Assembly (NCBI GenBank): GCA_030141605.1
Contig: JAQGDQ010000018.1
Coordinates: 868,001 to 932,000, forward strand
Origin: Tubiluchus corallicola
Taxonomy: Eukaryota; Animalia; Priapulida
Length of the DNA: 64,000 bases
Direction of reading: 5' to 3'
The notes under the pieces are model-generated. The model was given only the letters and a program-made list of their open reading frames with translations. It searched no databases and was not told the DNA's origin. Below, piece after piece: positions 27,201 to 38,501 of this stretch (position 1 is its first letter; every line of letters begins with the position of its first letter). A program made the position numbers and the translations under genes.

Positions 27201-29624
27201 CTAATCTAACCTAGTCACATTTATTATTTTTCAGGAGGCAGTAGATGTTTCCTGTTTAGTCTTTCTCCACAGATTGGTATTTATGACTGTACTGGACTAA
27301 ACGAGAATTATATGTATTTGAATATTAATCAACAGACACTTCCGAATGGGTTGGTATGTACTAGTCTGTTGCTAAAGTACAATTACTTTATCAAGGATTT
27401 AATTTTGTGTGCTACAGATAATTACTTTTGCTTAAAATTTACAATCTTGCATTATGTACCAACTTGGACATTGACTTGTTCTCATGGAGCAAGATCTTGG
27501 AACAACTACGTGATATAAGAAAACTGATTGATTTATTTTCAGAAACACTTTTATCATAGTTACAGCACTAAGGACGCTGTCTTCTTTTGTTGCACTGAAA
27601 AAAGTAACTGGCCGATTCTGCCCGATACTGGCCGATATTGTCCTGACGTATGTGGTCTCCGTATACTAAATCTAAACCAAAAAAGTTTCTCATCAAATCA
27701 GTGTTCTCGCATCCACATAAACAACAAGTACACCGTTTTATGTTATGGGAATCAATGGAAGTTATTCTCCGCATATTTCTGCGTGGAAATCACATAAAAA
27801 TGTTCACAGTGCTTTTTGTATGAGAGATCAACATTCAATTTCCATTTGCACAACAAATGGAAGTTGAATGGTTGGTTCCAAGTGAAATTACTGTAGGTTG
27901 TACTATTGTGGGATGCACATATTATTTTACATGTGCGCAACACATACACAAACAAAGAATTCTCATGATTAAAAAAGATGACATTTTACACTTATTTTAC
28001 TAATGTTCATTTTTAGCAAAGCTTCATCCACATTTCCTAAAGCAAAATCAGACCCAATCTTAAACTGTAGCTCAAAATAATCTACTCTTTAAAATATTGA
28101 AGGAAACTTTCGTGAAAGGATTATTACCACACAAACACAATTTCACGTTTGCGCCACTAGTTTTTTACTGTTACATGCATTTTGCCATTTGCTAGTTAGA
28201 TGGGCACTAGTGCCTGCATTTCGGAAACTCATTGCACAAAAAAACAGGTGCTGTACCTCTCAGTTCAGATGTGTTAGTTTATGACGAACTACACACGTTC
28301 GACAGCTCATGCGTGAGCACAACAGTAAATTTGAAATTTGAATTTTTATCTTAAAACTTGCCTAGTTTTTAGCACAACACACTGAATCTCTTACTTTAGT
28401 GCTGTACTTCAGTTTTTGCTTTCGCTGACATGTGCAATATTTTTGCTGTTTAAAATGACATTACTTTGTGATTTCATGAATAGTTGGGCTTGCCTGCCAT
28501 TAATTGGATTTTTAATCTATTATTAAATTGTCAGAAACACTTTTGCAGTATTAATGGTGTTAAAATCATTCCGTCTTCCTTTAAGTGTTTTCATGGCAAA
28601 CTAAAATTGTGAAAAGAAGCTTGTATTCTTCTGCTGTCCCAACAATAATAACTACTTTCTTTCAATTCCAAAAGTTTTGGTCTAGCTATCAGAAGTGCCC
28701 TGTACTCAGCTCATTTTATTCACGTTGGTTTTTCTCAGTTTTTCATTTTTACCCTGATGATCCCCATACTTTTGCTAGATGGAATAAGTGTGATTTTAGA
28801 AAGACATTTCTACAATTGGAAATCACGGATGGAATGACATGGTTTTAAAGTGGCTTCACAGCGATTCAGTGTGGAATCAATTTAGTGGTGGTTTTGTGTG
28901 AATAAGTGTCCGTAGGCATTAATTTCCATTTATTATTTTATGATAAAATTGATTTCTGCTTTGAAAACTCTCTTAGTTTGTGCTGCATATTTTTGTGTTG
29001 CGAGTTTAGAAATTTCCCAATTATTTTTAGGGGTTCGGTGGCCAGTTTAACTATTTTGGACTGTGGTTGAACAAAGACTATGGTACTGGTCACAGTAAAG
29101 CTGGACCACTTTGCACTACATATAATAGTCCTCAGTTATCACAGCGGACCGATTTTGAAGTTGAGAGTATAGAAATTTGGGGTGTTGGACCTGAATCTAC
29201 AACTGAAATTGTAAGTCCCTCAAGTGAAATTTATAGATTTAGGATTAGGTGTTTTTTTTAAATTACTTTGTTTTAAATTGTTCTTAAATGTTTCTGAGAC
29301 AGCATTTATAATTTAAAACATAATTACTTCAATAGGCCATGCCATAGATATTTAAGAACATCGACAGTTTTCCCCAAAATTTGAAGTACTTGACTGCTGG
29401 AATATATGTTAGTTTTTGCTTTGATATCTATTTCTTGTAGCTTAGCAGGTATGGGATCATAAGTATTTGTTTTCTAGACTGGTGACAAGCCCAGCATACT
29501 CGACATTGACTTAGAAGCTCAGGCTATGCTAGCAATGGTCGGAAAAGGACCACACAGCGAAGGTCTGAGAAACCACGATGCCACTGCACAAAGTCCTGGA
29601 GAAAAAGAACTTCCATTTTTCTAA
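2478..29624 (+). CDS. MEAK7: MTOR-associated protein MEAK7 / TLDC1 (TLDc domain), 5'-partial spliced gene
   Basis: Phase-consistent GT-AG exons 2478-2573, 3748-3876, 16051-16186, 17239-17390, 23287-23432, 26394-26533, 27235-27353, 29031-29210, 29478-29624 (1245 nt). Motifs KWRLLF..LHGESF, GYVFGGFA..SWEV, YMYLN..QQTLPNGLGFGGQFNYFGLW, CTTYNSPQLS, SILD.DLEAQAML..HSEGLR match MEAK7 as I recall it. N-terminal MG- exon not found. Confidence 0.92.
3748..3876 (+). CDS. MEAK7: MEAK7 coding exon
   Basis: ttgtag|...|gtaagt; VSYEAFVVSLMHILKGSLSQRGHIVRRLASDNRETTASEELIN. Confidence 0.85.
8830..9790 (+). mobile_element. Highly decayed LINE 3' region (RNase H plus CCHC-finger-like remnant)
   Basis: Remnants reading ...AHTDI... 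and C....PLEHLVDECASL resemble I/Nimb-group ORF2 C-termini; no open frame. Confidence 0.35.
10260..11435. mobile_element. Interspersed repeat, possibly a Kolobok-like non-autonomous element; second copy at about 28035-28505
   Basis: 10265-10605 aligns by eye with 28040-28392 (gacccaatcttaa.ct.tagctcaaa..., gttacatgcattt..., tgggcacta..., caccactgaatctc); starts ttaaagg. Confidence 0.5.
14873..15432. repeat. Tandem duplication, two units of about 281 bp
   Basis: ttacag..tacagcc.gattatttca...ttgacctt..accctta repeated with moderate divergence. Confidence 0.85.
16051..16186 (+). CDS. MEAK7: MEAK7 coding exon
   Basis: tttacag|...|gtgagc; LIEEFITGYVKAVHPSKAYETWRLSTSHDSNRKFARVLLQELFQK; phase 0 to 1 bridges the neighbouring exons. 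Confidence 0.8.
17239..17390 (+). CDS. MEAK7: MEAK7 coding exon
   Basis: ttttag|...cag|gtatta; FDEESIESWLAKTPLISHMMDTVLGAIF. Confidence 0.85.
17540..17960. repeat. Interspersed repeat with internal repeats (catcatgaaacttta...ccattttgaattcaagatg)
   Basis: The unit recurs near 17550, 17695 and 17800. Confidence 0.55.
18209..18238. repeat. (AT)n microsatellite
   Basis: Direct read. Confidence 0.9.
18784..18857. repeat. Tandem duplication, 2 x 37 bp
   Basis: tacatattgcaaaaatttcagtttac.acatttgtta twice. Confidence 0.85.
20205..21780. mobile_element. Helentron-associated (HINE/DINE-like) element with degenerate internal tandem units
   Basis: Recurring unit gaggaattag...tgtcacctat..aacattgacaaaa near 20865, 21220 and 21465; T-flanked ends; interrupted by the LINE fragment. 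Confidence 0.4.
20287..20780 (-). mobile_element. Truncated LINE 3' end (L2/CR1-group-like)
   Basis: ORF 20542-20748 reads ...THYGTNSIIKQAILLWNSLS..., followed on the minus strand by AATAAA and an (AT)n tail. Confidence 0.55.
23287..23432 (+). CDS. MEAK7: MEAK7 coding exon (start of TLDc)
   Basis: ttacag|...|gtaagc; STVLDIPSLLLLNHHIPVELSHKWRLLFCN. Confidence 0.9.
25560..26130 (-). mobile_element. Decayed CR1/L2-like reverse-transcriptase thumb fragment
   Basis: Minus-strand remnants LGV..D..L...HI and later similarity to LE.VQ..AAR; frameshifted. Confidence 0.3.
26394..26533 (+). CDS. MEAK7: MEAK7 coding exon (TLDc)
   Basis: LHGESFSTLVKHIRNKGPSIVIIKDKEGYVFGGFADCSWEVTPTFY; canonical splice sites. 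Confidence 0.93.
27235..27353 (+). CDS. MEAK7: MEAK7 coding exon (TLDc)
   Basis: GSRCFLFSLSPQIGIYDCTGLNENYMYLNINQQTLPNGL; ttcag| and |gtatgt. Confidence 0.93.
28035..28505. repeat. Diverged, internally deleted copy of the 10260 repeat family
   Basis: Shared motifs with 10265-10605 in the same order. Confidence 0.55.
29031..29210 (+). CDS. MEAK7: MEAK7 coding exon (TLDc)
   Basis: GFGGQFNYFGLWLNKDYGTGHSKAGPLCTTYNSPQLSQRTDFEVESIEIWGVG; overlaps ORF 29067-29261. Confidence 0.93.
29478..29624 (+). CDS. MEAK7: MEAK7 terminal coding exon
   Basis: TGDKPSILDIDLEAQAMLAMVGKGPHSEGLR...PFF*. Confidence 0.9.
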   Translation, partial: TGDKPSILDIDLEAQAMLAMVGKGPHSEGLRNHDATAQSPGEKELPFF

Positions 29625-30654
29625 CAATTATTTACAGTTTTTTATGTAAAAAGAAAGCCGTGCTACTAACATTCCTGTCACATAAAAATATAAGTTTAAA
29701 TTAGTTTTAAATAGTTTCTACAGTTTCGTCTTCATTATAATTTATATTTTGTAATTACGTTTTAAAAATCTCGTATGTTCAAATGTCTAGCTGTGGTTTA
29801 AATTTTTGGACAGGTTTAGTTTCATAAAAATTGAAATTGATGATGTATTATTTTGAACGAAAATAAATACATGTATTTAACTTCTAGATTTCTTTCTAAT
29901 TTTAAATGCTCACAAAATATACAGTAATATTGTGCTTTTCCTAAGTTATTTGCATTTTAGCTCTCTATAATACAATTTCTTTTTCATTATTTAGGGTGTA
30001 TAACTCTGATGTCGCTGAATTATATAATTGAATTTGGATAAATTTTACTTTGTTGCCAATTTTGCTTACATACAAAATCTGGCTTGGTCAAACTCTGGCC
30101 ATGCACTAGGTGTATGATATTTAATGTATGTTTGTTAATGTTCAGTATTTTTTAATTTTCAGTGAAATATTTCCTAACATTCAAACTTTTTTTGTAACTG
30201 CTGTAAATATATTTAATTTAATTTAGGGTTTGAGTTTGCACAATACTTTGCTATAGAAACTGAAATGCTGCACTGATTTTAATCGTAGCATTGTGTTAAC
30301 TTGTTATTTTTTACTAAATTTAAGATCTATCAAAGATAATTACGTACTCAAACTTCTAATTGAATAACTATTGTATTTGTTTAATAATTAAGATTTTACT
30401 GTAGACCTACAATTTTTTAATTAGCTAATTTTTATTCTGGGAAAACAGTGTGATATTGATCTCTAAATTAAATGATTTTGCATTTGGTGTAAGATTTTCA
30501 CCAAATATAGTTATGTGATGTTGTGTGGCTGTTAAGTGTTTAAATAAAATTTAAATTATTAGGCAGTCGATGCTCTTCAAAGGCATTTTATAGTTAAGTT
30601 GCTTTTTAAATCTGAATTAGGTTGATTTTGGTTTTTTTGAGGCTAATGACTATT

Positions 30655-31075
30655 TTTATTAGCCAAAGCATGTAGGCATAATAACATACTCTACATATAC
30701 AAATAATACAAAGGAGGAATATATAAACAACACAGTTTCAAAGGTACCTGAAAAGGTTTAGGACACTATGAGAGTAGACTACGTTGAGTAGCTAACGAAC
30801 AAATAGGTACTAGAGGCTCCTCAAATTATTATTATAGTAGCATACAAGCATTACTGTAATAAGACTTCTGTATTTTAATCTACTTATAAATTGTTTTAAT
30901 ATAAAATTCAAACTTCTGATTTTTCTTGCTCTATTTACTGTTGTCAAGACTATGTTGACCGTTAATAATAAAAATTCATCGTTGGTCACTAGAGAAATTT
31001 TAGACAATAATCACAAAAATTCCAAAAGATCTATAAGATCAGAATATTTCTAAAGTGTTTTTGCATTTAATATAT
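30655..31075 (-). mobile_element. Decayed LINE 3' end (L1/Tx1-like)
   Basis: ORF 30810-31007 resembles L1/Tx1 ORF2 tails and is followed by AATAAA on the minus strand. Confidence 0.3.
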
Positions 31076-31098
31076 TGCCTAGATTCATTTCAGACCAA

Positions 31099-32118
31099 TC
31101 AGTGATTTATTTCACAATAGATGGCACAACAAGTTATCAACAGTAAATCGTATCTGCGATAACTTTTTCATCCGCATCCGGTGCGCATTTGCCCGCAGTC
31201 CTACCCGTAGCGGATCTGGGTACAATCTGCACCGTAGCGTTTGTCTGCTAATCTCTGCTGTAACCATTACGCAAGTTAGTGGTTAGGCCATAATCTACGG
31301 CAGTGCAGCCGATCGACTATTGTTCCGATCCGCAAAAAATTTCTCCGCAAAGTTGAGATGCGCACCACTCATTTTGTTACTAACACCGATCCGCGAATTT
31401 ACTAAATTAATACTACGGCGCGATCGCTTAAACCGCATCCTGCTTACATGGCTATTTTGATTTCAAATCTGCATATAATCTGCTTTTTTACCTAGCTTTG
31501 GTTTAAAAAAAATAAAAATATGTTAAATCAGTTGAAACTGCACCCTATTGCTGTGTGTCCCGTAGCTAGTTTGATTTTCTTTGATAATATTATTGATTAA
31601 TTGCACCTGTAAGATAGAATATTAGAATATTTTCGATTTTACATTATTGTGGTATAGTGTGGGTGGTGTGGTCTGTTGCTCTATGGTGTTGGAGGTGTGG
31701 TGTGGTGCGAGTAGTGTGTTGTGAGTGGTGCAGCAGGTTGATGTGGTGTGGGTGGTGTGTTGTGAGTGGGGTGATGTGGGTTATTCTTGTGAGTTTATGT
31801 GCAAAATTCTTTTGCGGGGTGTCGCTAGTTTTTGTATTATTTCAACATCAGCATTTTTAATAGCAAATAAAGATTTTAGTAGTACAGTAGTGTGTTCAAT
31901 AAATTTTAAGGATTTGTGAAGTTGATTATTGTTTTCATTTCGTTGTTATCCAACCTGGTAAGCTTGTGATGAGTGTCAATCTGTCGTTTACTTCCGCGAC
32001 GAGCGCATTGTTATTCAACATTAACGAAAATTCATGTCTACAGCATCGGATGCGCCAAATTTGTTATCCGCATCTGTTCCCCGACTTATTTTAAAAATCC
32101 AGTCCGCTCATCACTGAT
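31099..32118. mobile_element. Possible hAT-type MITE with atccgc subterminal motifs and a GT-rich interior
   Basis: Ends atcagtgat and atcactgat; many (g)atccgca motifs near both ends; degenerate (GTG)n at 31650-31790. Confidence 0.35.
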
Positions 32119-32295
32119 CCGTGTGTTAGCGGCCAAAAAGGAAAGCACGTGTTTGTGCCAGAATTACTTAATTTTTGTTTAAAACGGAAATTAAATACTT
32201 AAACTATTTTCATAATAAAATCCTTGCATTTTTTTATATTCTTCGTTTTAAGTGGTAGAAAGTTAGTACTAAGTTACGTGTATAATAGTATAAAA

Positions 32296-32328
32296 ATGCG
32301 TGTTTTCATTGTGGAAAATCACAATGAG
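32296..32328 (+). CDS. C5orf22: C5orf22 exon 1
   Basis: aaaaATG...gag|gttagt; [11 protein letters not shown] (compare family V.VVEDH.E). Confidence 0.8.
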
Positions 32329-35300
32329 GTTAGTTTTGCTTTTAACTAATAATGTAATATTTAGTAATAAAAAGCTTAAGTTCAATGTTTAGGGTTATAG
32401 TCCTTTTTTGCGCCATATATTCTACGGTTATCTTGTTTCGGATATTTGGAAAGACCAAAAGTAATTTTTGGCAGTACCCTTATACTACAGAATTGGTTCA
32501 GTGTTTACAGTTTCCTCGTGACATGATACTGTTAAGTTCAACGTTACCACTAACTGTGGAACCTTACAGTCATCACAAGCTTTAGTTTAATTGTGGGGAA
32601 TTTATTACTTAACAGTCAAATTTTCACAGTAATGAATGTACAAATTTAATAATGATGGTAACTCGGTGCATTGGTATTTTTTATTTTTTTGTTGTGTGAC
32701 TACGTTAATGTCAATATAACTGATTTTTGACGAGATTATCAAGTCTTATTGTGACAATTTCTTCACTTTTTTAGATTTGTTTAAAATGTCATTTTTGTTA
32801 AGGAAGCATAACAATTCATATTTTTAACTAATTAATGAAAGATAATTTTATTTCTGTATGCTTGATTTTTCTTTTTTCAATTGAAATGAATAAACCAACA
32901 TGCAAACAAGTAACTGTAAGCACTGTCACAGGGCAATAATCATTAAAACAGGTACAACTCGAGCAGCTTCAGCAATTAGTGTCCAAACTCTTATCACCAG
33001 ACCATTTTTATTTATCTGTATGGCTGAATATTAATGCATCTTGGCTACCACTGTGTAAAATAATAAGTCTGCTTGTTAGAGTTTGGCTATCAAGTTACTT
33101 CAAAGTGCTAAATATAAACTGTGCCGAGTGCCAAACTCACAAGTAAATTAAATGCTTTGAGAGGCTCACTTTTACTTTTACAGATTTTCAGAATTTTAAC
33201 CTTTCTAATCAATAATTATAGTGATTTCAAAAGATTTGTTTTCTTTTTGACATAGTTAGCCCAAATAATGACAAACATTTGCACTGGTATTTACAGACGA
33301 CTTTATCATTAACAGTCACTATCAGATTGTTTCATTAAGAGTCTGGTAGCTGCACTCATATCTGATAACTACTAGGGTATATCGAGTTGCCAGTTAGCTT
33401 GGGCGACTGCAGGTCATTTTCTTTGCGTAATAGAAACGGCTGTATAAACTGTGAATGTGGTCAACGATTGGTAGGCAAATAAAAAATTTTTCTTTGATAA
33501 ATGCAAAAAAATCAATTGAGCCAGCAGGATAATTGATTGAGTGCTTACTTAAGATCTGCTTAAGATTTGTTAAGGGGGGGGGGCATATGCTCATATGTGT
33601 GATGCATGTGCATCCAAAAATATGGCTGCCAAATTGCATCTGTCAGCTCAGTGTCTCATCTTAGTACGTTATTCTTTATAATGAACTAGATCCAGAGCTA
33701 CCACAATTTATGTCATGATTTTAAGTGCTGTGGTAAAAAATAGTGTCAAAATTAATTAGGCCTTTACCTGTAGTTTTACAAAGTGCATGTTGCTATTTTT
33801 AGGTGCTACCACACATATACAAGGCTATTGGACAAAAAAAGCTGGCGTTTGAGGGGATTACCATGGTTCATTTTGACTCACACCCAGATTTGATGGTACC
33901 TCATGATTATCAAGCTGATGACGTTTTTCAGAAACAAAAACTATTTGAGTATGTAAATACTGTATAATTAATACAATAAAGTACACTATATATTACGGAA
34001 AAAACTGAAATCTTTATAACCAGAATTTTTTGCACTTTCCTTACTTAGTGTGCATTTTGCTTTGTTTTCTTTTCTAATTTTTTATTTAAAAGTCGTGCAC
34101 TGAAGAAAAGACGTAAACTGGTACTCCTTGTATTTAATGGTACATGTTAAAGTTTTTAAACATCCTATTGGGATTTTTTTCTGCTCTGACAGCATTTACA
34201 AATTAGTAAAGAATACTTTATTTCTGAAAAAAACTTCTAACAAAACTCTGCTATCAAACATACACCGATTTAAATGAATTGTAATTTCTCTGAATCTGCC
34301 GCTCAAACCGCTCAGCTAAGCAATGGTGTTTTTGCCTTCATGATTCACAAAGGATTCGAATTCAGAAGTTTCTCCAGGCGTGTTCCTGGAAGGGAGAGGC
34401 TAAGAAAGCAGCTTTTGCATAAGTGCTTAACAAGATAGATGAGTCAAGAGATAGACCCATCTAAACTCCAACGGTCTTGGATGACTGAATCTTTCTTATT
34501 TATAGTGTATGTACGGATTGCTGGTTGAGTAGCATTAATGTTAAATGTGGACAAGAAGTTACAATTCTGAATTCAAGACTAAATGATGATTAATTTACAT
34601 TTCAGCATTTTATAGTAAATCTTGGTATTTATACCAAATTTAACAGTACTTTAATTTTTAGCTTGTTACATTTGCATGTACAAGTAAGGAAGCTGATTGT
34701 TAACTTAAATATGTAAGTGTTATTTTTGTAGGGCTATACAAATAAGTGATTGGATTTTACCTGCTGTGTTTGCTGGTCACATTAATAAAATAATATGGAT
34801 AAAACCACCATGGGCAATTCAGCTGCCAGAAGGAAAATTACAGTTCTTTGTTGGCAAAGATAAAGAATCTGGTTGCATTCGGTATGATAGTGAAAAATAT
34901 TTTTAAAACTTTTAAACTACTGCACTTTGGCCATCTCAATATTTCTTGTACATAATTTTTGTTGCTTAGTTTATTTAATTCATTGCCATTGCATGCTGTA
35001 TTAAAATGTACAAGTAGTCATCAACTTGTGATCATTGCAACTTGCGACTGTTCAGCTTTATGTCCCGACTGCAACTAAGTTAATTAATTATACAAAACTG
35101 ACAATAACTTATCTTTCCTTCTATTTTTAAAACAAATTTTAGATTGCTATCTGTTTTGATAACTTCATCATAGGCACCGCTATAGTAAGTGCGCATAATT
35201 GCATACGCACGTCTTGCGTGTAGGTTTGCACAGCTTAAATATACCGATCCGACATACGTCCAATTTGTGTTACGGCCAATGCACCAGAACCGATTGTGGT

Positions 35301-38300
35301 CGTACGTTGACAACTACCACTAATATAATTCTGTTTTACGTGGCCATGTAAAGTGTAAATGCACTTCTGGTCCTTTCCATGAAGTTTTCTACTAGTGTAT
35401 TTTATTTGTAAATCAGAAAATGTGTAAATAATAATATGGAATTTTACTACAGAGTGCTTCTTAAGTACATTTTATTAGATGCTGCTGATTTAATTTTCTT
35501 TCAGAGTGGACTGCCCTGATGTATATTTTCTCAGTGATTTATTATATGTTGATACTGACTGTCTAGAATACAAAAAGTTGCTAACTGTGCATGTGATAAC
35601 TCTTGATCCATGGTCTACTGATGATTCGTGCATCAACTTCCTTAAGGATGTTACTAGCACAAGCAAAGAAGAAAATGTGCTTGAAACCAAATGCATTAAT
35701 TCTAGTGACGGTGAATCAGGGGATAGCAATGATGTTAGAACAAACCCTAAGATTAAACAAAGTCATCACGATGAAGTAAAGCTGCTGGAAAATTACACCA
35801 ATGGAAATGCAGATGAACCATTTTCAAAGAAAACCAAATTACAAGTTGAAAATCATGGTGACAGTAACAATGGCATTGAAGGAAATCAAGGAGTATTGTT
35901 TGTAAATGAAAAATCAGATATACTTTCAGCTCATACTGTCCCATGCCATGAAATGACAAGTGGAAATTCCAATATCAGCTACCTCAGCAACAAGAGTAGC
36001 TCATTTTCTGTGACAGAGGACATACAAAATGAAACATTTGCACATTTGAAGCCAGTTGCAGGTTCAGGGGATGCAGCAATTCCTATTGACCATTCCAGTT
36101 CAAAAACAATAGATGACACAGTTCTGGCAAAAAAATATTATGGCTCATTTGCTGGTGCAAAAGGTATTATACTTGATGTAGACTTGGACTTCTTTTCAAC
36201 AGCTGATCCATTTATCACTGTCTTTACCGAAGAACAGTACAGCATGATAAGAGAAATGTACGATTTTCCATTTTCTCCAACATCTAAACGGGTTGGTATG
36301 ACACAAACTTGTAGTAATACTTAATTGCTTTGATCATCATTCATAACTACAGCTATTAACCTGTATCTGTAAATGAATAAATGTACATGGTGGTACCCAA
36401 CTTTTTGTAAGGGGTACAAAAACAATTTGTAATCATAAAGAACAGTTTACTACATCAAAGTATTGTTCAACACTCATGCTTTCAAAACTTGATGTGGCAG
36501 CTCGCATGTTTCGCATTGTCCATATTTTTTAAATGCAAGATTAGAGCAGTGATACTCTGAACTGGAGATTCTTCAATGCATTTTGTAGATATCTTACAAA
36601 CCTATCCATTGGGTACTGATCAATGGCATGTTTTTTATCATCTTGGTGTCTACTTTGCCTTTCATGATAGCTCCAATGTATTTGCTAGCGGATTAAGGTC
36701 TGGTGAATTTGTTAGCCATTCAATTTAATTTAAAAAATTAATCCCAGAGTTTTCCTGTCACAGCTGTGATACATGCCTCTTAAGAGCTGCATAACAGATT
36801 CCCTATTGTTTTGGCAATACTTTGATGGCATAATAGATTGCCTATTGTTTTATCAATACTTTGATGACATAAATTGTTCTGACTGTTATTGTATCTCTAG
36901 CAAAGGTTATGTGCCACCCTGTATCATCTAAGAAAATTGTTATGTTTCATCTTAACCTAGGTTTGCTGGTAAATTAAGATTTTTCGGTCTCACGTATTCT
37001 TATTGTACTGGCATCTTTTGTAATCTAGGCATCATAAACATATCAATAGTATGTTTGTCAAAATTACCATTATTTCAAGTTTTACTTTACAGGACCTCCA
37101 CAGTCAGCTTCAAGACAGAGAAAAACAATTAAACACGTTGAAAATGGCTCTTGAGTCAGCTGTAGCTGACTGTCCTGTCAGTGATGATGTTCTGTAAGTA
37201 CACATTATTTTGTGAAAAAAATTCTGTGTATTGTTAAATTAATCATTGGTTTTTGTATTTTGAATTTTTGTTTAACTTGCCTCACAAATAAAAAAAAACA
37301 AAATGTCAGTGGAAAGCTGCTAAAGAGACAAATTGTTTTATAATTGATGTACAAATGTGTGTAATCAATCGTGCAGTAGTGACAAGCCTATGTGAAAATT
37401 TTCTAAGCTGTGTGAGTAGTTCTAAAATTTTCTCTGAAGGTTATTTAAAATTTTGCCAAATATGAGGTCCTGAAAGACTGGTTCCGCCACTAAATCTCAG
37501 CACTTCCAGAATGCGAGACTATGCCTGTAACAGACTGTGTTAAATGAGCTCTTGAAAGATATCCATTGCACATCACTCACCACAGTCTCTTCCTCGTTTT
37601 AACAAAATTATGGCTTCTGCAGAAAGGGCAAAAATGCTCAAAACTGTTTTTTCTCGTTTTTTCCTGTGGTATCGATAAAAAAGCATCAGCAAGAAGATAC
37701 CAGATCGAGACCGTTCATTTGAGATCTCATTTAATATGTCACATTGTGCAGCATTATTAAGTGTTGTTGAGAAAAAGCTAAGTACAAACATAAATTGTTT
37801 TCTACTATATAGAAGTCGTAAAATGGCAGACTTGGTCAATGATCTGAGAAAGAACAAAGACACACTACCCACAGATTTTGACTTTTCTCTCATCCATGAA
37901 GCTGGATGTTCTTGTGATCACACTGATGATTTACCTCACCACATCAGCTCTAGTAAGGAAATAGACGAGTTGATGTTAAAAGTGAAGCAGTTGCTTAGAG
38001 AGCTTCCATTGCCAGATTTAATTACTGTTGCCAGGTAATGTAAGCATTAAATTAAATTAAATTAATTATTTAAATAAACATACTCATGTGCACTGCACAC
38101 TATCTTTTTGTTTGTCTATATGCAGTCTTTTTTTATCTAGGTCAAGTTATGATGAGTATTGTCCAGTTGCTCAAGTTGATGACATTCAAGAAAAATTTCT
38201 TCGCATTTTGTGTGACACCTATGGTGAACATGTTGAAGTACAGCATGACTATGTAAAGCCAGATACTGAAAATGTCAGTAATCAGGAGCTACCAATTAGT

Positions 38301-38324
38301 GAACCCATCAAACAGTTATGTTGA
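32296..38324 (+). CDS. C5orf22: UPF0489 protein C5orf22 homologue, 7 exons, about 540 aa
   Basis: Exons 32296-32328, 33803-33948, 34732-34881, 35505-36291, 37093-37193, 37813-38034, 38141-38324 (1623 nt, in frame). Motifs [75 protein letters not shown]. Confidence 0.92.
33803..33948 (+). CDS. C5orf22: C5orf22 exon 2
   Basis: [33 protein letters not shown]. Confidence 0.92.
34732..34881 (+). CDS. C5orf22: C5orf22 exon 3
   Basis: [43 protein letters not shown]. Confidence 0.92.
35505..36291 (+). CDS. C5orf22: C5orf22 exon 4
   Basis: Matches ORF 35506-36324; ttcag| acceptor; the cgg|gttggt donor gives the phase 0 needed by the next exon. Confidence 0.88.
36385..36800 (-). mobile_element. Decayed Tc1-family transposase fragment in C5orf22 intron 4
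   Basis: Minus strand reads [15 protein letters not shown], then after a frameshift GAIMKGKV, matching the Tc1 WP..SPDLNPIE..W..MK motif. Confidence 0.6.
37093..37193 (+). CDS. C5orf22: C5orf22 exon 5
   Basis: ttacag|[22 protein letters not shown]...|gtaagt. Confidence 0.8.
37813..38034 (+). CDS. C5orf22: C5orf22 exon 6
   Basis: [25 protein letters not shown]...PDLITVAR; |gtaatg donor. Confidence 0.9.
38141..38324 (+). CDS. C5orf22: C5orf22 terminal exon
   Basis: atctag|(R)[22 protein letters not shown]...*. Confidence 0.9.
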
Positions 38325-38501
38325 TGCTTTCATCGAATTATCAGGTTGAAAAGAACTGTGAATGTCAGTATCATTATGTATGTAGTTTTATTTGCCTGAT
38401 AGTTGATACATTACAGGCAGTTGAGTTTTTAGTTGGTGTTTAATTCTGTTTATATGATTTAAATTTCAAATTTTGTAGTTTGTGCAACATATTAATGCAG
38501 C

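Noticed and set aside
31657-31919. Cys/Trp/Val-rich ORFs
   Set aside because: Translation artefact of degenerate GT-rich simple sequence.
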